A DNA stretch of 64,000 bases, taken from assembly GCA_963664875.1 (NCBI GenBank), contig OY761611.1, positions 1,792,001 through 1,856,000 on the forward strand. The letters run 5' to 3'. Shown one piece after another: positions 50,069 to 60,460 of this stretch. Source of the stretch: Candidatus Kapaibacterium sp. GTDB taxonomy: Bacteria > Bacteroidota > Ignavibacteria > Kapaibacteriales > UBA2268. Under the pieces are notes generated by a model, which worked only from the letters and a program-made list of their open reading frames with translations, did no database searches and was not told the origin of the DNA. A program made the translations under genes and the position numbers. The number at the start of each line of letters is the position of its first letter. Position 1 is the stretch's first letter.

Positions 50069-53000
50069 ATGAGTTATTCTTCTACCCGACAAGCAGGCAG
50101 AATTTTTCTTGCCTCTTTGTTCTTCTTACTCTTCGCCGGTTTAGAACTGAGCGCTCAGTATTACGAATTTTCCTTGCTCCAAAGGAGAAGATTTGACCAA
50201 ATTGATGTTGAAGTCTGGGCGAAAGCTCTTCAGCAGGGTGCTCCTGCTCTGGGTAATTCGTCTTTGGTTTTAGAGTATAACACTGCTTTTTTGTCTCCTG
50301 CAGCTACTCAAAACCTAAGTTCGACTGACAGTATCACTTTCAATGTGAACCAAAGCAATCCTATTGCGACGGTTAGCTCTTCTTTTAGTCAATCGGCTAA
50401 CGGATACAATCCGCTCAGCTCTCGCTCTTACGGTATGGGATATTATGCTCTGGAGCTTAACCTTGCAGCCCTCGGTCAAGGTGGTGTATCACCGTCTTCT
50501 TCAGGTAAAGGTAGCTTCCTTGGCAAACTTACTTTTGACATATCGGGTAGCCCTACCGAAAGCTCTTTGACTAACATTGCTTGGAGCAGCAACGTACTTC
50601 CGGGTGAAATTCAGGTATTTGATAAAGATTCTAATAGCATAAAAAGCAATATCACTTTTAGCAATCCGGGCGATTACAATGTACTCGGTGTAACTATCCT
50701 CTCCCCTAATAAATACGGTCAGGTAGTCGATAGAGATGCTGATTATGCAGCTCTTTCAGGAGAATACACAAGCGGTGGCTATCCAATCTATTTCGAAAGA
50801 AGTATCAATCCTTCTCAATATACTGCCCCTATAGATGAAGACTTGGCTTATATGTTCCAATATTCTCTCAATAATGGCAGCACTTGGACTGAGATTGGCA
50901 GAGTGGCTGAAACTGACCAGCCTTCTACAACAGTGGGTATAAATGCTTCTTATACGGCTGGCGAAATATTCAATCCTAACACCGGTACTTCATTTACAAT
51001 CACAACACAAAAAGGTGAAAAGATTGACAATTCGAACTACCGTCAACCACTTAGAGTTGTTTGGGCTAAAAATCCTTTCTTTGTTGAACGCTCAGAACAG
51101 GCAAGATTGAAAATAATAAAATTGTCAGGTGCAGTGAGCACGCCTCTGAGCAATCGCAATCAAGATGTATATAATGATGTAAATGACCAAAAATTTGTAC
51201 TTGGCAGACTTTTCTTCTTGCAGTTGGACGGTAACAGCCAGTACCTTGTTACTAATGATAATTTTAGTAACTCTACACAGCTAACAGTAGAGACTTGGAT
51301 AAATTTGAATGAATATCAAACAAGCGGTACCGAACCGGGTATAGTAGTTTCAAGCGGAGGTGCTAATGCTGCACCTATTCACGGTTCTAATGAAGGTGCA
51401 TGGATGCTTTACCTGAAAGATGGAAGGATTCCTGCCTTCCGTGCAAGAGAAATCGAAGGCAGAGGAGATAACGGCTACATAGGTACAGTACAAGCTTATT
51501 ATCTCGACTCACTGCTCGCTGCATCCGATGCTGAACCTCTTGATAACACCCATGCTAATAACTGGGTACATCTTGCAGCTACTGTAAATAATAACACGCT
51601 TAGATTATATGTGAACGGCGAGCTTGCCGATCAGGTAGTTAATAACAATGCTACTAATATCAGAATGCTGACTACCAACCACCCAGTTTGGATTGGTGTC
51701 AATCCTAATGGCGGAATCGAAGCAAACGACTATCTCCATGCAGGAATTAAAAGCGTTCGGGTTTGGAGAATAGCCCTAACTCAAGACGAAATAAGAGAAA
51801 GAGTTAGCGGCATATTAAACCCTGAAGATGTTAGCACTTACGGTGATGTAAGACGCGGTTTGCAGATGTATTTCACATTCGAGGGCGAACACGCAGATCA
51901 GGCAACAGAAACTACCTACCAAGGTGGCGCAGAAAGTCCTGACTTTTACACTCAGGGCACAGTTGACAATTTCGGAATGACTTACAGACCTGACCAGCCA
52001 CACATTACTCTTACCAGTCCTGTGGCAGGAGCAGGTGTCTCTAATAGAGCAGGTTCTACTTTTGGAATCCGTTGGGTTGCTTATGGTTTGGGCGATCTTA
52101 CAGCTACCGGTACAAACGATGTCGAAATTGAATACTCATTAGACGGCACTAACTGGTACTATGCAGAAGACGCAAGCGGAGCTCAAATCGGTGGAATTAA
52201 TGCTCCCGATGTAGAACCCGGCTCAGCGATATGGGAACCTTACGAAAATGAAAACAGTGCTGCTAATCTAAGAACTATTAATCCATATTCAAGATCGGTA
52301 TATCTCAGAGCTCGAGGCACTGCAGCGAACACTCAGGATAATTTGATGGATGTTGTAGGTCCTTTCACTGTTGCTCCTTATTTTGCAATCAAAAAAGAAG
52401 AAGGTGCGATACTACTTCTCGAAGATAATGCAGGTATGAATATTACAGGCGATAAAGTCTTCATGGAAGCATGGATCAGACCTTATAGATTCCCGACAGA
52501 GGCAGAAGAATTCTTCCCAATTATTACAAAAGCTGATAGCACTGCTGATATGTTGCACTATAGCTTCGATTTGAGATATGATGGACGACTTCAGCTCAAA
52601 CTTTCAACAGAAGACGGCAAGGTCAGAACAGCTATAAGTGACGCATCTTTTGCTCTCGAAAGACCTAATTCGGTATCTGCTGATTCCGTATGGTCTCATG
52701 TGGCAGTTTATGCTAATATCAATGGCGGAAGCGGTCAATCTGAAGTAATATTTTATGTTGATGGTATCGCCCAAAGAGCTGATTCCATTACTACTCAGCT
52801 TGGTACAGATTTGACGCTCAACAGCTTAAACTCCTACCCTACTTATATCGGATATTCTCCATATATGAATGTTACTAACGATGGGCAGAGCGTAATCAAT
52901 GCTAAGCAGACAGAAAACATTGTCCTCTCAGGCAACATCAATTCCGGTACTCCTGCTAATACAGAAAGGAACTTTACCGGCACAATTTACGACAAAGATT

Positions 53001-56000
53001 ACAACACTCATACATTCGACTTTAACCTTCTTAAAACGGATAATGCTAGAGAATTTACTATAGCAACGTTGGTCGATGGTAATCAAATTCCGAGGGCTAC
53101 ACAAAATGTATCGCTTACAGGAAATATCAATAACACTCAAGCTGAAAACGATACTTATTCTACTCAGGTGCTTGTTTACGATGAATCAGATGCGGAATTG
53201 ACCTTAGGATTCACTTTTACAAAAACAGCTAATAATAGCGAATTTAATCTTGCTATCAATTTAGGGAATAATAATGTCAATTTGCAGCAGCTTTCTTTCG
53301 CAAGCGGTGTAGCAAATCCTTCGTCGATAACTTTAAGTGCTACTGATTTGAATAATGCAGGTGGTAATTTTAATACAACTATCCCTAAAGATCTTATCAT
53401 AAGTCTATCAGGCTTGACTTACACTGCAAACGCAAATGATGCAGCAGCAAGTACTATAACATACAGAACTTTAACATTCAACTCTGACGGCAGTGTAAAC
53501 TCTCCGGCTACACTTACTTTTAGTGCAGCTGACATGAATACAGCTGCAGGCAATCCGGTATTTACTTCTGATGTAAAACTTTGGATTGGTCCTGCGTCAA
53601 GTCAGGCAACCGGAGTTACATATCTACCGTCAGGCAATACATTTACTTTCGCTTCACAAGATGGCGGCACAGGTCAGTCTATTGTAGTCAATGATACACT
53701 TAATGCAGCATACTTTATTGGCGAACTACGTGAATTACGTATGTGGCAAGGTTCTCCGAATAACACTTCCACAACAGGAAACGAACCAACAGCACAGAGT
53801 TTGTTTGTTCAAGGTGCTCAGGCAGTTAGAGCTGCTTCACTTGCATCTTCCTATGTAAATAATCTAAATATGGCATTCTCCTTCGATGGAGGCTCCTTTA
53901 TACAAAATGGTTACAACAGAGCAATTGACGTTTCGACAACTGACTCTCAGATTCTTGTCAGAAACTTTGGTCAAAAGGTAGAATATGCAGCAACAGAACC
54001 TTATATCAAAGTTGTAGAACCTGCATTCAACGACCGTGTAGCTAATACAAAAGAAGATGTCAGAGTAAGATGGGTTGGCTTTGATTATCTACCTACGGGA
54101 TTCCCTACGGGTGATGCAGCACCTACAGCTCCTGCATTGGAATTTTCTATCCGCGGCGGCGGTGGTAAGCTTATTCAGCCATACCAATACGTAGGTAGCG
54201 ATTACTACACAGGCAACACCCAAGACGCAATGAGCTTCCCAAATACAAGCTCGTACATATTCAAAGGTACAGGTTCAGATATTTATTATGCTACTCAGCT
54301 AAATGCTTCAATTTCTGATCCGGACGAAGATAATAACGGAACATTTACAGACCAGGGGCCTTTGTCTGCATCGTTAACCAACGCAAGACTTAGACTTTCC
54401 GGCAGATATACTATCAATGGCGAAACTTCTTATATCAATGACGAAGGTCCGCTATTTACTATCACTCCTGCTTCAAACTTTACCATCAGGGTGCTTTTAG
54501 AAGGATACCATAACGGTTCGACAAGTGGCAATCAGATTCGCGAATTAGCTTCTTCATACGAAGCTGGCGGTCTGATGATAAAACTTTACACTGACAATAG
54601 TGGTGCTTTGGGAGAACTAATCGGAACTGCTGAATCTCTCGAAGGCTACGATGAGCTTGACCCTGCTAACAGAAACAATGGTAACAACCGATTTGCAAAT
54701 GTCAATTTTGTATTTACTGACTTAACAGATGGCAATTACTGGGTTGTAGTTTACCATAAAAATCACATGCCTATTATGTCTCGTTTCGCAGTTCCTTTCC
54801 AATACGAAGGAGATGACAGAACAACATGGGCTATCGAATCCGGTTGGGATTTCCATACATGGAACGGCACAAACAATAATGCTTTGGTCAATGCCTCCGG
54901 CGATGCATGGAGCTTAGGTGCATTTACTGCTTACGGTGATGTCATCTCTACAACAAGTAATCCACTATTTACTACTACAGGGCTAATCAACAATAACGGT
55001 GTTGGCGGTGGCAGCGAAAACGCAATGTCTGCTATGGTTGCAGGCGACGTAGATCGCTCAGGTCAGATAGACGCTGCTGACAGAATTAGAGTTAGATTAG
55101 ACGAAGGTACTTCTATAGTGGGATCTGACGTTACAGGCGATGGATTTGTCAATGCTGACGACAGAACAATAGTTGATAGAAACCACGGCCACATTGCTTC
55201 AATTTATAATGTCAATTTCCCTGACGGTGATTTCAAAGCTCCAATGGTAAGAAAATCGCCTCTCTCTGCGAAAGGCCCTTATGAAACAGAAGTAGCAGGC
55301 TACGAAGCACTTTCAAAAATTTACAACAAAACAGCTCAAAACTATAAAGCAGTTGAGAAATATATTAAAACTAATTCTGACCGCTTACTTGCAGGTTTGA
55401 ATTATAAAGTTTCTGCAACTCCTGATATTCATGATGGAGTGGTTGATCTTAATGTTTATATCGAAAATATCGGTGATGACTTTGCACTCGCTAATTGTAC
55501 TTTCGCTTTCGAATACAACGAAGCAGATATGAAATATGCTTCTTTAGTTGGTACAGGCGATGTAATTTTCAACAATAACCCTTCTATCGGTTATGTAGAA
55601 ATGAGTAGTGCACCAGATGCAGATGTGATAAATCCTTTGGAAAGTGTTAGAACTATCGAAGTGGATTATATCACAACTTCAGGATTGCCGGGCGAAATAG
55701 TTCCTCGTCAAAAAACATATTTAGGTACATTGCGTTTCAAACTTACCAATCCGGTTGGCAGAGTATTCTTCAAATGGCATACTTCAACTTCGCTGCATTC
55801 TGTTGATGGCAAGATTGTGACCAAATACGGAAAGTTCGAAACAATTACCCCAATCATTCTTTTCAACGCTTCGCTTACAGCTCCTAATGGCGGTGAGCAG
55901 CTTAGCCAAGATAGACCTTACGATATAACTTGGAGCTCTAACGGTACTTCAGGTGCATATTTAGAATTCTCTTATGACGGCGGTGTCGAATGGGAACGAA

Positions 56001-56998
56001 TAAATGACGAACCTATATTACTCAGCGACAAATCATACACATGGACTACTCCTGTTATTCATTCACGCTATTGCTTAATTAGAATGATTGACGCTGACAC
56101 TGACGAAGAACTTGACAGAAGTGACGCCTTATTCTCTATCTTGCCTAATCATGCTCAATTGATTAAACCGGCTTCCGGAGACCCTGTCTATACAGGCGGT
56201 TCCACAAGCCAGATTAAATGGGTAGCAAGAGGCTACGATAAACTAAGATTTGAGCTCACAACTGACGGCGAAAAAACTTGGACAGTAGTAAGCGATAACG
56301 TAAACGGAGCACTTGAAACTATTTCATGGAAGCTACCTAAAGTTACTACTAAACTTGCCAAAATGAAAATGTATGATGCTGTAACAAATGAAATGCTTGG
56401 CGAAAGCGGATTTTTCAAAATACTTGACGGTTCTCTTACTTTCCTTACTCCTCGTGCGAATGAAAAGCTAAGAGTAGATATGATTAGCCGTATCCGTTGG
56501 ACTTCCTCAAATATTCAGGTATTTGATTTAGAACTCAGCACAGATGGAGGTGCTAACTGGCAAACATTAGTGCCTAATCAGAATGCAGTGCAATCATTTA
56601 TCAACTGGACTGTACCTGACTATCCAACAGACAATGCTATACTTAGAGCAATCTATCAAGGCGATCCGGAAATGGAATATAACAGAACCGATCAGTTCGC
56701 AATTATTCCAAAAACAAGCATAGTAGAGCTTCCATCAGGCTCAGCTATAAAAGGAATATATCCAAATCCTGCTCGTAACGAAATAAATATTGAATTTGAT
56801 CTCAGCCAAGCTGTTACCACAACTCTTAAAGTTGTTGACATAAATGGTAAAGAGATTATGGATTTAGGAACAAGAGCTCTTAACTCAGGTATGAATAAAC
56901 TCAATCTCGACATAGAGCAGCTTAGTTCTGGCACTTACTTCTTAGAATTGAAAGGTGATAATTTCTATGTAGTCAAGGACTTCAACGTAGTCAAATAA
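50069..56998 (+). CDS. Giant T9SS-secreted multidomain surface protein: cohesin-like, LamG x2, FlgE-like inserts, dockerin, cohesin-like, Ig-like repeats, CTD
   Basis: GGAGG RBS, signal peptide; LamG motifs (LTVETWIN...WVHLAAT...LYVNG; FMEAWIRP...WSHVAV...FYVDG); dockerin GDVDRSGQIDAAD/DVTGDGFVNADD; PNGGE..ITW..YDGG repeats; CTD IYPNPA...SSGTYFL. Confidence 0.85.
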   Translation: MSYSSTRQAGRIFLASLFFLLFAGLELSAQYYEFSLLQRRRFDQIDVEVWAKALQQGAPALGNSSLVLEYNTAFLSPAATQNLSSTDSITFNVNQSNPIATVSSSFSQSANGYNPLSSRSYGMGYYALELNLAALGQGGVSPSSSGKGSFLGKLTFDISGSPTESSLTNIAWSSNVLPGEIQVFDKDSNSIKSNITFSNPGDYNVLGVTILSPNKYGQVVDRDADYAALSGEYTSGGYPIYFERSINPSQYTAPIDEDLAYMFQYSLNNGSTWTEIGRVAETDQPSTTVGINASYTAGEIFNPNTGTSFTITTQKGEKIDNSNYRQPLRVVWAKNPFFVERSEQARLKIIKLSGAVSTPLSNRNQDVYNDVNDQKFVLGRLFFLQLDGNSQYLVTNDNFSNSTQLTVETWINLNEYQTSGTEPGIVVSSGGANAAPIHGSNEGAWMLYLKDGRIPAFRAREIEGRGDNGYIGTVQAYYLDSLLAASDAEPLDNTHANNWVHLAATVNNNTLRLYVNGELADQVVNNNATNIRMLTTNHPVWIGVNPNGGIEANDYLHAGIKSVRVWRIALTQDEIRERVSGILNPEDVSTYGDVRRGLQMYFTFEGEHADQATETTYQGGAESPDFYTQGTVDNFGMTYRPDQPHITLTSPVAGAGVSNRAGSTFGIRWVAYGLGDLTATGTNDVEIEYSLDGTNWYYAEDASGAQIGGINAPDVEPGSAIWEPYENENSAANLRTINPYSRSVYLRARGTAANTQDNLMDVVGPFTVAPYFAIKKEEGAILLLEDNAGMNITGDKVFMEAWIRPYRFPTEAEEFFPIITKADSTADMLHYSFDLRYDGRLQLKLSTEDGKVRTAISDASFALERPNSVSADSVWSHVAVYANINGGSGQSEVIFYVDGIAQRADSITTQLGTDLTLNSLNSYPTYIGYSPYMNVTNDGQSVINAKQTENIVLSGNINSGTPANTERNFTGTIYDKDYNTHTFDFNLLKTDNAREFTIATLVDGNQIPRATQNVSLTGNINNTQAENDTYSTQVLVYDESDAELTLGFTFTKTANNSEFNLAINLGNNNVNLQQLSFASGVANPSSITLSATDLNNAGGNFNTTIPKDLIISLSGLTYTANANDAAASTITYRTLTFNSDGSVNSPATLTFSAADMNTAAGNPVFTSDVKLWIGPASSQATGVTYLPSGNTFTFASQDGGTGQSIVVNDTLNAAYFIGELRELRMWQGSPNNTSTTGNEPTAQSLFVQGAQAVRAASLASSYVNNLNMAFSFDGGSFIQNGYNRAIDVSTTDSQILVRNFGQKVEYAATEPYIKVVEPAFNDRVANTKEDVRVRWVGFDYLPTGFPTGDAAPTAPALEFSIRGGGGKLIQPYQYVGSDYYTGNTQDAMSFPNTSSYIFKGTGSDIYYATQLNASISDPDEDNNGTFTDQGPLSASLTNARLRLSGRYTINGETSYINDEGPLFTITPASNFTIRVLLEGYHNGSTSGNQIRELASSYEAGGLMIKLYTDNSGALGELIGTAESLEGYDELDPANRNNGNNRFANVNFVFTDLTDGNYWVVVYHKNHMPIMSRFAVPFQYEGDDRTTWAIESGWDFHTWNGTNNNALVNASGDAWSLGAFTAYGDVISTTSNPLFTTTGLINNNGVGGGSENAMSAMVAGDVDRSGQIDAADRIRVRLDEGTSIVGSDVTGDGFVNADDRTIVDRNHGHIASIYNVNFPDGDFKAPMVRKSPLSAKGPYETEVAGYEALSKIYNKTAQNYKAVEKYIKTNSDRLLAGLNYKVSATPDIHDGVVDLNVYIENIGDDFALANCTFAFEYNEADMKYASLVGTGDVIFNNNPSIGYVEMSSAPDADVINPLESVRTIEVDYITTSGLPGEIVPRQKTYLGTLRFKLTNPVGRVFFKWHTSTSLHSVDGKIVTKYGKFETITPIILFNASLTAPNGGEQLSQDRPYDITWSSNGTSGAYLEFSYDGGVEWERINDEPILLSDKSYTWTTPVIHSRYCLIRMIDADTDEELDRSDALFSILPNHAQLIKPASGDPVYTGGSTSQIKWVARGYDKLRFELTTDGEKTWTVVSDNVNGALETISWKLPKVTTKLAKMKMYDAVTNEMLGESGFFKILDGSLTFLTPRANEKLRVDMISRIRWTSSNIQVFDLELSTDGGANWQTLVPNQNAVQSFINWTVPDYPTDNAILRAIYQGDPEMEYNRTDQFAIIPKTSIVELPSGSAIKGIYPNPARNEINIEFDLSQAVTTTLKVVDINGKEIMDLGTRALNSGMNKLNLDIEQLSSGTYFLELKGDNFYVVKDFNVVK

Positions 56999-57029
56999 GC
57001 AAACTATCACAAAGATTCTAAACTATGTA

Positions 57030-57065
57030 AAACAGACAGTTCCAAAAAACGGGACTGTCTGTTTT
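57030..57065 (+). terminator. Intrinsic terminator
   Basis: AAACAGACAGTTCC...GGGACTGTCTGTTTT. Confidence 0.8.
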
Positions 57066-57298
57066 ATTTGTGGGGATGTTGCTTCTTCGATTTTCACATC
57101 CTTTTGTTTCAACTCTTTTTGAGACGGGGCAAAAGAATTAAGTGTGATACTATTGATATCAGTTACATTTTAAATATTTACGCTTCATAATAATCGATTT
57201 ACAAGTAGAATATTTAACACTCAATAGGAGATAAACTGCCGTAATGCTGCATCTGGAATTCTACATTATCGGGACTCGTACCAGATAAAAAAATTCAA

Positions 57299-57880
57299 CT
57301 ATTCAGATTTTAAATGGATTGTCGGTTTTTCAAGTTCAATCATTTCTTTTAAATACTTTAATCGATTTTCTTTCAAATCTTGGAAAAAAGGAATAATATC
57401 GTCTCTATATGCTCTCTTTGAGTAAGCAAAAACTGCAACAGCATGTTCATCATTGACTTCAACTTCTCTGTAATGATAAATGTTAAATTCCACTACAGTC
57501 ATTAAGCTGTCTTCTTTCTCACCTAATGTAAAATCCAATATGATTTCTTTCTTGTCAGGACTATGCCGAACTTGATAATGGCATGTCCCGTCATAAGTTT
57601 TTCGAGCTTCAAGTTCTTTTATCTTACTTCCTACAGTTTCCATTACAGACTTGTCAGCCAAAAATAGATTTATATGCATCATCTGGTTAAAATGATCTAA
57701 AGTTTCACCTTTGGGCAAATATTCCTGAACATAGGAATGTAGATGAGGTTGAGCGGACCAAGCTAAGTAGTATTCTGTTTTGTTAAACATAAGAGGAGTG
57801 TCAAGATGCATGTAATCAACAACTATAGTGTCTGAGAAAGATAACAATAGAGATGCAAGGGCTATAAATAATATTTTCAT
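57299..57880 (-). CDS. Hypothetical exported protein
   Basis: Signal-like N-terminus; YYLAWS..P...YVQEYLPKGETLDHFNQM motif resembles Bacteroidota hypotheticals. Confidence 0.7.
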   Translation of the reverse strand: MKILFIALASLLLSFSDTIVVDYMHLDTPLMFNKTEYYLAWSAQPHLHSYVQEYLPKGETLDHFNQMMHINLFLADKSVMETVGSKIKELEARKTYDGTCHYQVRHSPDKKEIILDFTLGEKEDSLMTVVEFNIYHYREVEVNDEHAVAVFAYSKRAYRDDIIPFFQDLKENRLKYLKEMIELEKPTIHLKSE

Positions 57881-58183
57881 GTGAATAGGTCAAAAGTTCT
57901 AAAAAAACTATCATAATTTAATCAAAACCAAAAGGATTACCAAAGAAAAACGCTTTAATAGATAATATTTCTCCACTATCTTTTTCATCTGCTCTAACAC
58001 AACATAAGCAAGCAAATACCCTTTAAATCCTCTATATTATATAGAGAGTTATCTAAATTATGACTATTTTAAAATGTTAAATGCAATACTACCATTAAGC
58101 AATATTTATCTTTTATTTGCTATGTGGTTAATTATTACTATATTGTTCTGTGTTGTATGGCTTATACTATAGAGAGGTCCACC

Positions 58184-59335
58184 ATGAAAAGTTTAAAATC
58201 ATTGCTTTTCCTATTCCTAATGTTTTCTTTGGTTTCCTGCGAAGAGGAAGACAGTATTACTAATCCTGATGGCTCCGGTAGTTCGGGTACTACTTTTATT
58301 GTAATTCAAAATATTGGAAATGAAAGTGCTAAGGAATATGCTATTTCAAAAATGTCGTTTTCAGGTGAAACGGCTAAGCTTGAAACACTAATTAGCTTGA
58401 AAATGTCAGCTTATCCTTATGATTTTATCAAGGATGTACGAATCGACGGCGACAAGCTTTATATCTATAGCTTACTCCCGGATTACAAGTCCAAGTTGGT
58501 TGCTTTTGATATCAATACTAAGCAGGTAGATACCTTGCCTTGGGCTAAAACTAATAATGATAATACTTGGTCTGCTTACAGCAGAAGTTTTGATGTTAAA
58601 AACTCTTATGTTCACTACATTATGACTGAAACCAGCACACATTATAATGACTGGCCGGGCTCTTATTTATGTCGCTATAATATATCTACAGGTGATTTTA
58701 CTCAGATGTCTAATCCAATTGATTTTACTTTAGCTCAACCTGAGAAGGGATGGGACACAGAAACCGGCAACTGGTCAAGCGTTCATGCGACCGGCGACGG
58801 TAAGGGCTGTGTGGGTAGTATCATGGCATGGGGGGTTGACGGAGGTTCAAACCACTATGACTATAATTTTCTTTATAGATACAATCCTGATAATACAAGT
58901 GACAGACTTACTCGCATAGGCTCTGAAACAATGAAAGTTTACGGAGCTACAAACGGTGCAAAATACCTATATCAATACAATCAGCTAATGAATACTGAAA
59001 CGGATACCTACTTCGAACTTTCAACAATATCAAGTATAGGAGCGGATTACACAGGCTACCATAACACAAACGGCGTGCTAAGACTCAGTAACTACTACGG
59101 TAAAAATATCTATATTTATTATCAAGACCTTGAAAATGATGTAGAGACACTTGTTGTAGAAACAAATCCTGAAATCCAGTTTGCACAAATGGATAAATCA
59201 GGTAGCTTCATCTGGTTCGGTATAGAAGGCAACGAAGAAAATATTCTATGCAAAACACAAGACCTCTCCGAAGGCTCAGTAGTAGATACAGTTGCAAAAT
59301 ATCCTAAATCAGTTTACGCTGCTATTCTCAAATAA
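58184..59335 (+). CDS. Hypothetical lipoprotein (beta-rich)
   Basis: GAGAGG RBS, MKSLKSLLFLFLMFSLVSC lipobox; terminator at about 59357-59394. Confidence 0.75.
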   Translation: MKSLKSLLFLFLMFSLVSCEEEDSITNPDGSGSSGTTFIVIQNIGNESAKEYAISKMSFSGETAKLETLISLKMSAYPYDFIKDVRIDGDKLYIYSLLPDYKSKLVAFDINTKQVDTLPWAKTNNDNTWSAYSRSFDVKNSYVHYIMTETSTHYNDWPGSYLCRYNISTGDFTQMSNPIDFTLAQPEKGWDTETGNWSSVHATGDGKGCVGSIMAWGVDGGSNHYDYNFLYRYNPDNTSDRLTRIGSETMKVYGATNGAKYLYQYNQLMNTETDTYFELSTISSIGADYTGYHNTNGVLRLSNYYGKNIYIYYQDLENDVETLVVETNPEIQFAQMDKSGSFIWFGIEGNEENILCKTQDLSEGSVVDTVAKYPKSVYAAILK

Positions 59336-59492
59336 TCTTGCACTTAAGTAAATGTTAAAAGCTATCCTCAGAGATTATTTGAGGGTAGCTTTTTCTTTGC
59401 GATTTGCAGTCTATTTATAATCAGAAGAGGCTTTATGAATAGACTATTTTGTATATTGCTACACTTCAATTATAACAACTTTAATCCAACAT

Positions 59493-60051
59493 ATGAAAAT
59501 TTTGAGCTATATTATACTATCAGGACTAATAGTTCTGTTGTATTTTTTTATTGTGGATTTTTTTTTACCACACGCTGGTGTCAATTTTAATTCTCTAGAA
59601 GTTGAAGTAGAAGCTCCTTTAGATAAGAACAAGTTAGTAATAGAAAAGGGTGTTTTTACTATAAACCGAGACTCTGACTTAGAACTGTTCTTAGGAAAGC
59701 ATAGTTTGGGATATGAACATAAGCAAATGATTTTCCAAGGTAAAAAATTAAATAGGTTAGAGACAGATTATGGAGAGAATGATTTTCTTTTTTGTTTATA
59801 ATGATTCTTGTTATTATCAATTTCGACATTTTAAGACACATTGCAATCAAGTAGATTCATATTTCTTTAAAGTTTTTGTAAAAGAAAAGAAAATTTATCT
59901 GAATGCTGAGATTGATGGCACTGACCCTATGATATTTGAGCGACCATTCAATCTAATAAGTAACGCAGAAATTTTACGCTGTAATTCGCCAATAAATGAT
60001 GATGCATATATGTATAATATGCTTGAATTAGTTGAGCCCAAGAAGAAGTAA
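59493..60051 (+). pseudogene. Hypothetical protein split by a single-base frameshift in a T6 run
   Basis: ORFs 59493..59801 and 59770..60051 join as ...YGENDFLF-VYNDSCYYQFRHFK if one T at 59788-59793 is removed. Confidence 0.6.
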
Positions 60052-60112
60052 ATAATCAAAATTGCAAATACATTAGTTGAGCAAAGCGTTAGTATATTGT
60101 TAGTTGCAAGCA

Positions 60113-60154
60113 AGCAAAAGCCTTGTAGAACATGATTTTACAAGGCTTTTTTGC
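60113..60154. terminator. Bidirectional intrinsic terminator
   Basis: GCAAAAGCCTTGTA...TACAAGGCTTTTTTGC. Confidence 0.8.
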
Positions 60155-60158
60155 AATT

Positions 60159-60459
60159 AGCGCTCCTCCCGGGGGGAACTAGGAGGAGCTAATCCCGGCG
60201 TTTCCGCCAAAATAGCATGGTGGGCATGCTAAGTGTTAGACACATCTTTTATATCTTTAAAGAGCGGTGGAGCTGTATTTCTTGGGGGGAAACGATTGAT
60301 TTTGCCCCACAGCTCTTGTTAGATACTAATGGTATTTATATAGACTATGCTTTGTGAGCGGCAATCATTGCGTCTCTACAAATAGGAATCCGGGGGGAGA
60401 TTCCATTTTGCACCAAAGCTTTTCTAAATTGTTACAGAACTAATGGTATTTATATAGAC
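60159..60459. repeat. Degenerate three-unit array with GGGGGGA hairpins and a 21-bp exact direct repeat
   Basis: ACTAATGGTATTTATATAGAC at 60325-60345 and 60439-60459; three G6A motifs enclosed by stems. Confidence 0.7.
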
Positions 60460-60460
60460 A

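Noticed and set aside
60325-60459. Mini CRISPR array
   Set aside because: Only two exact 21-bp repeats, a 93-nt interval that is itself homologous between units, and no cas genes
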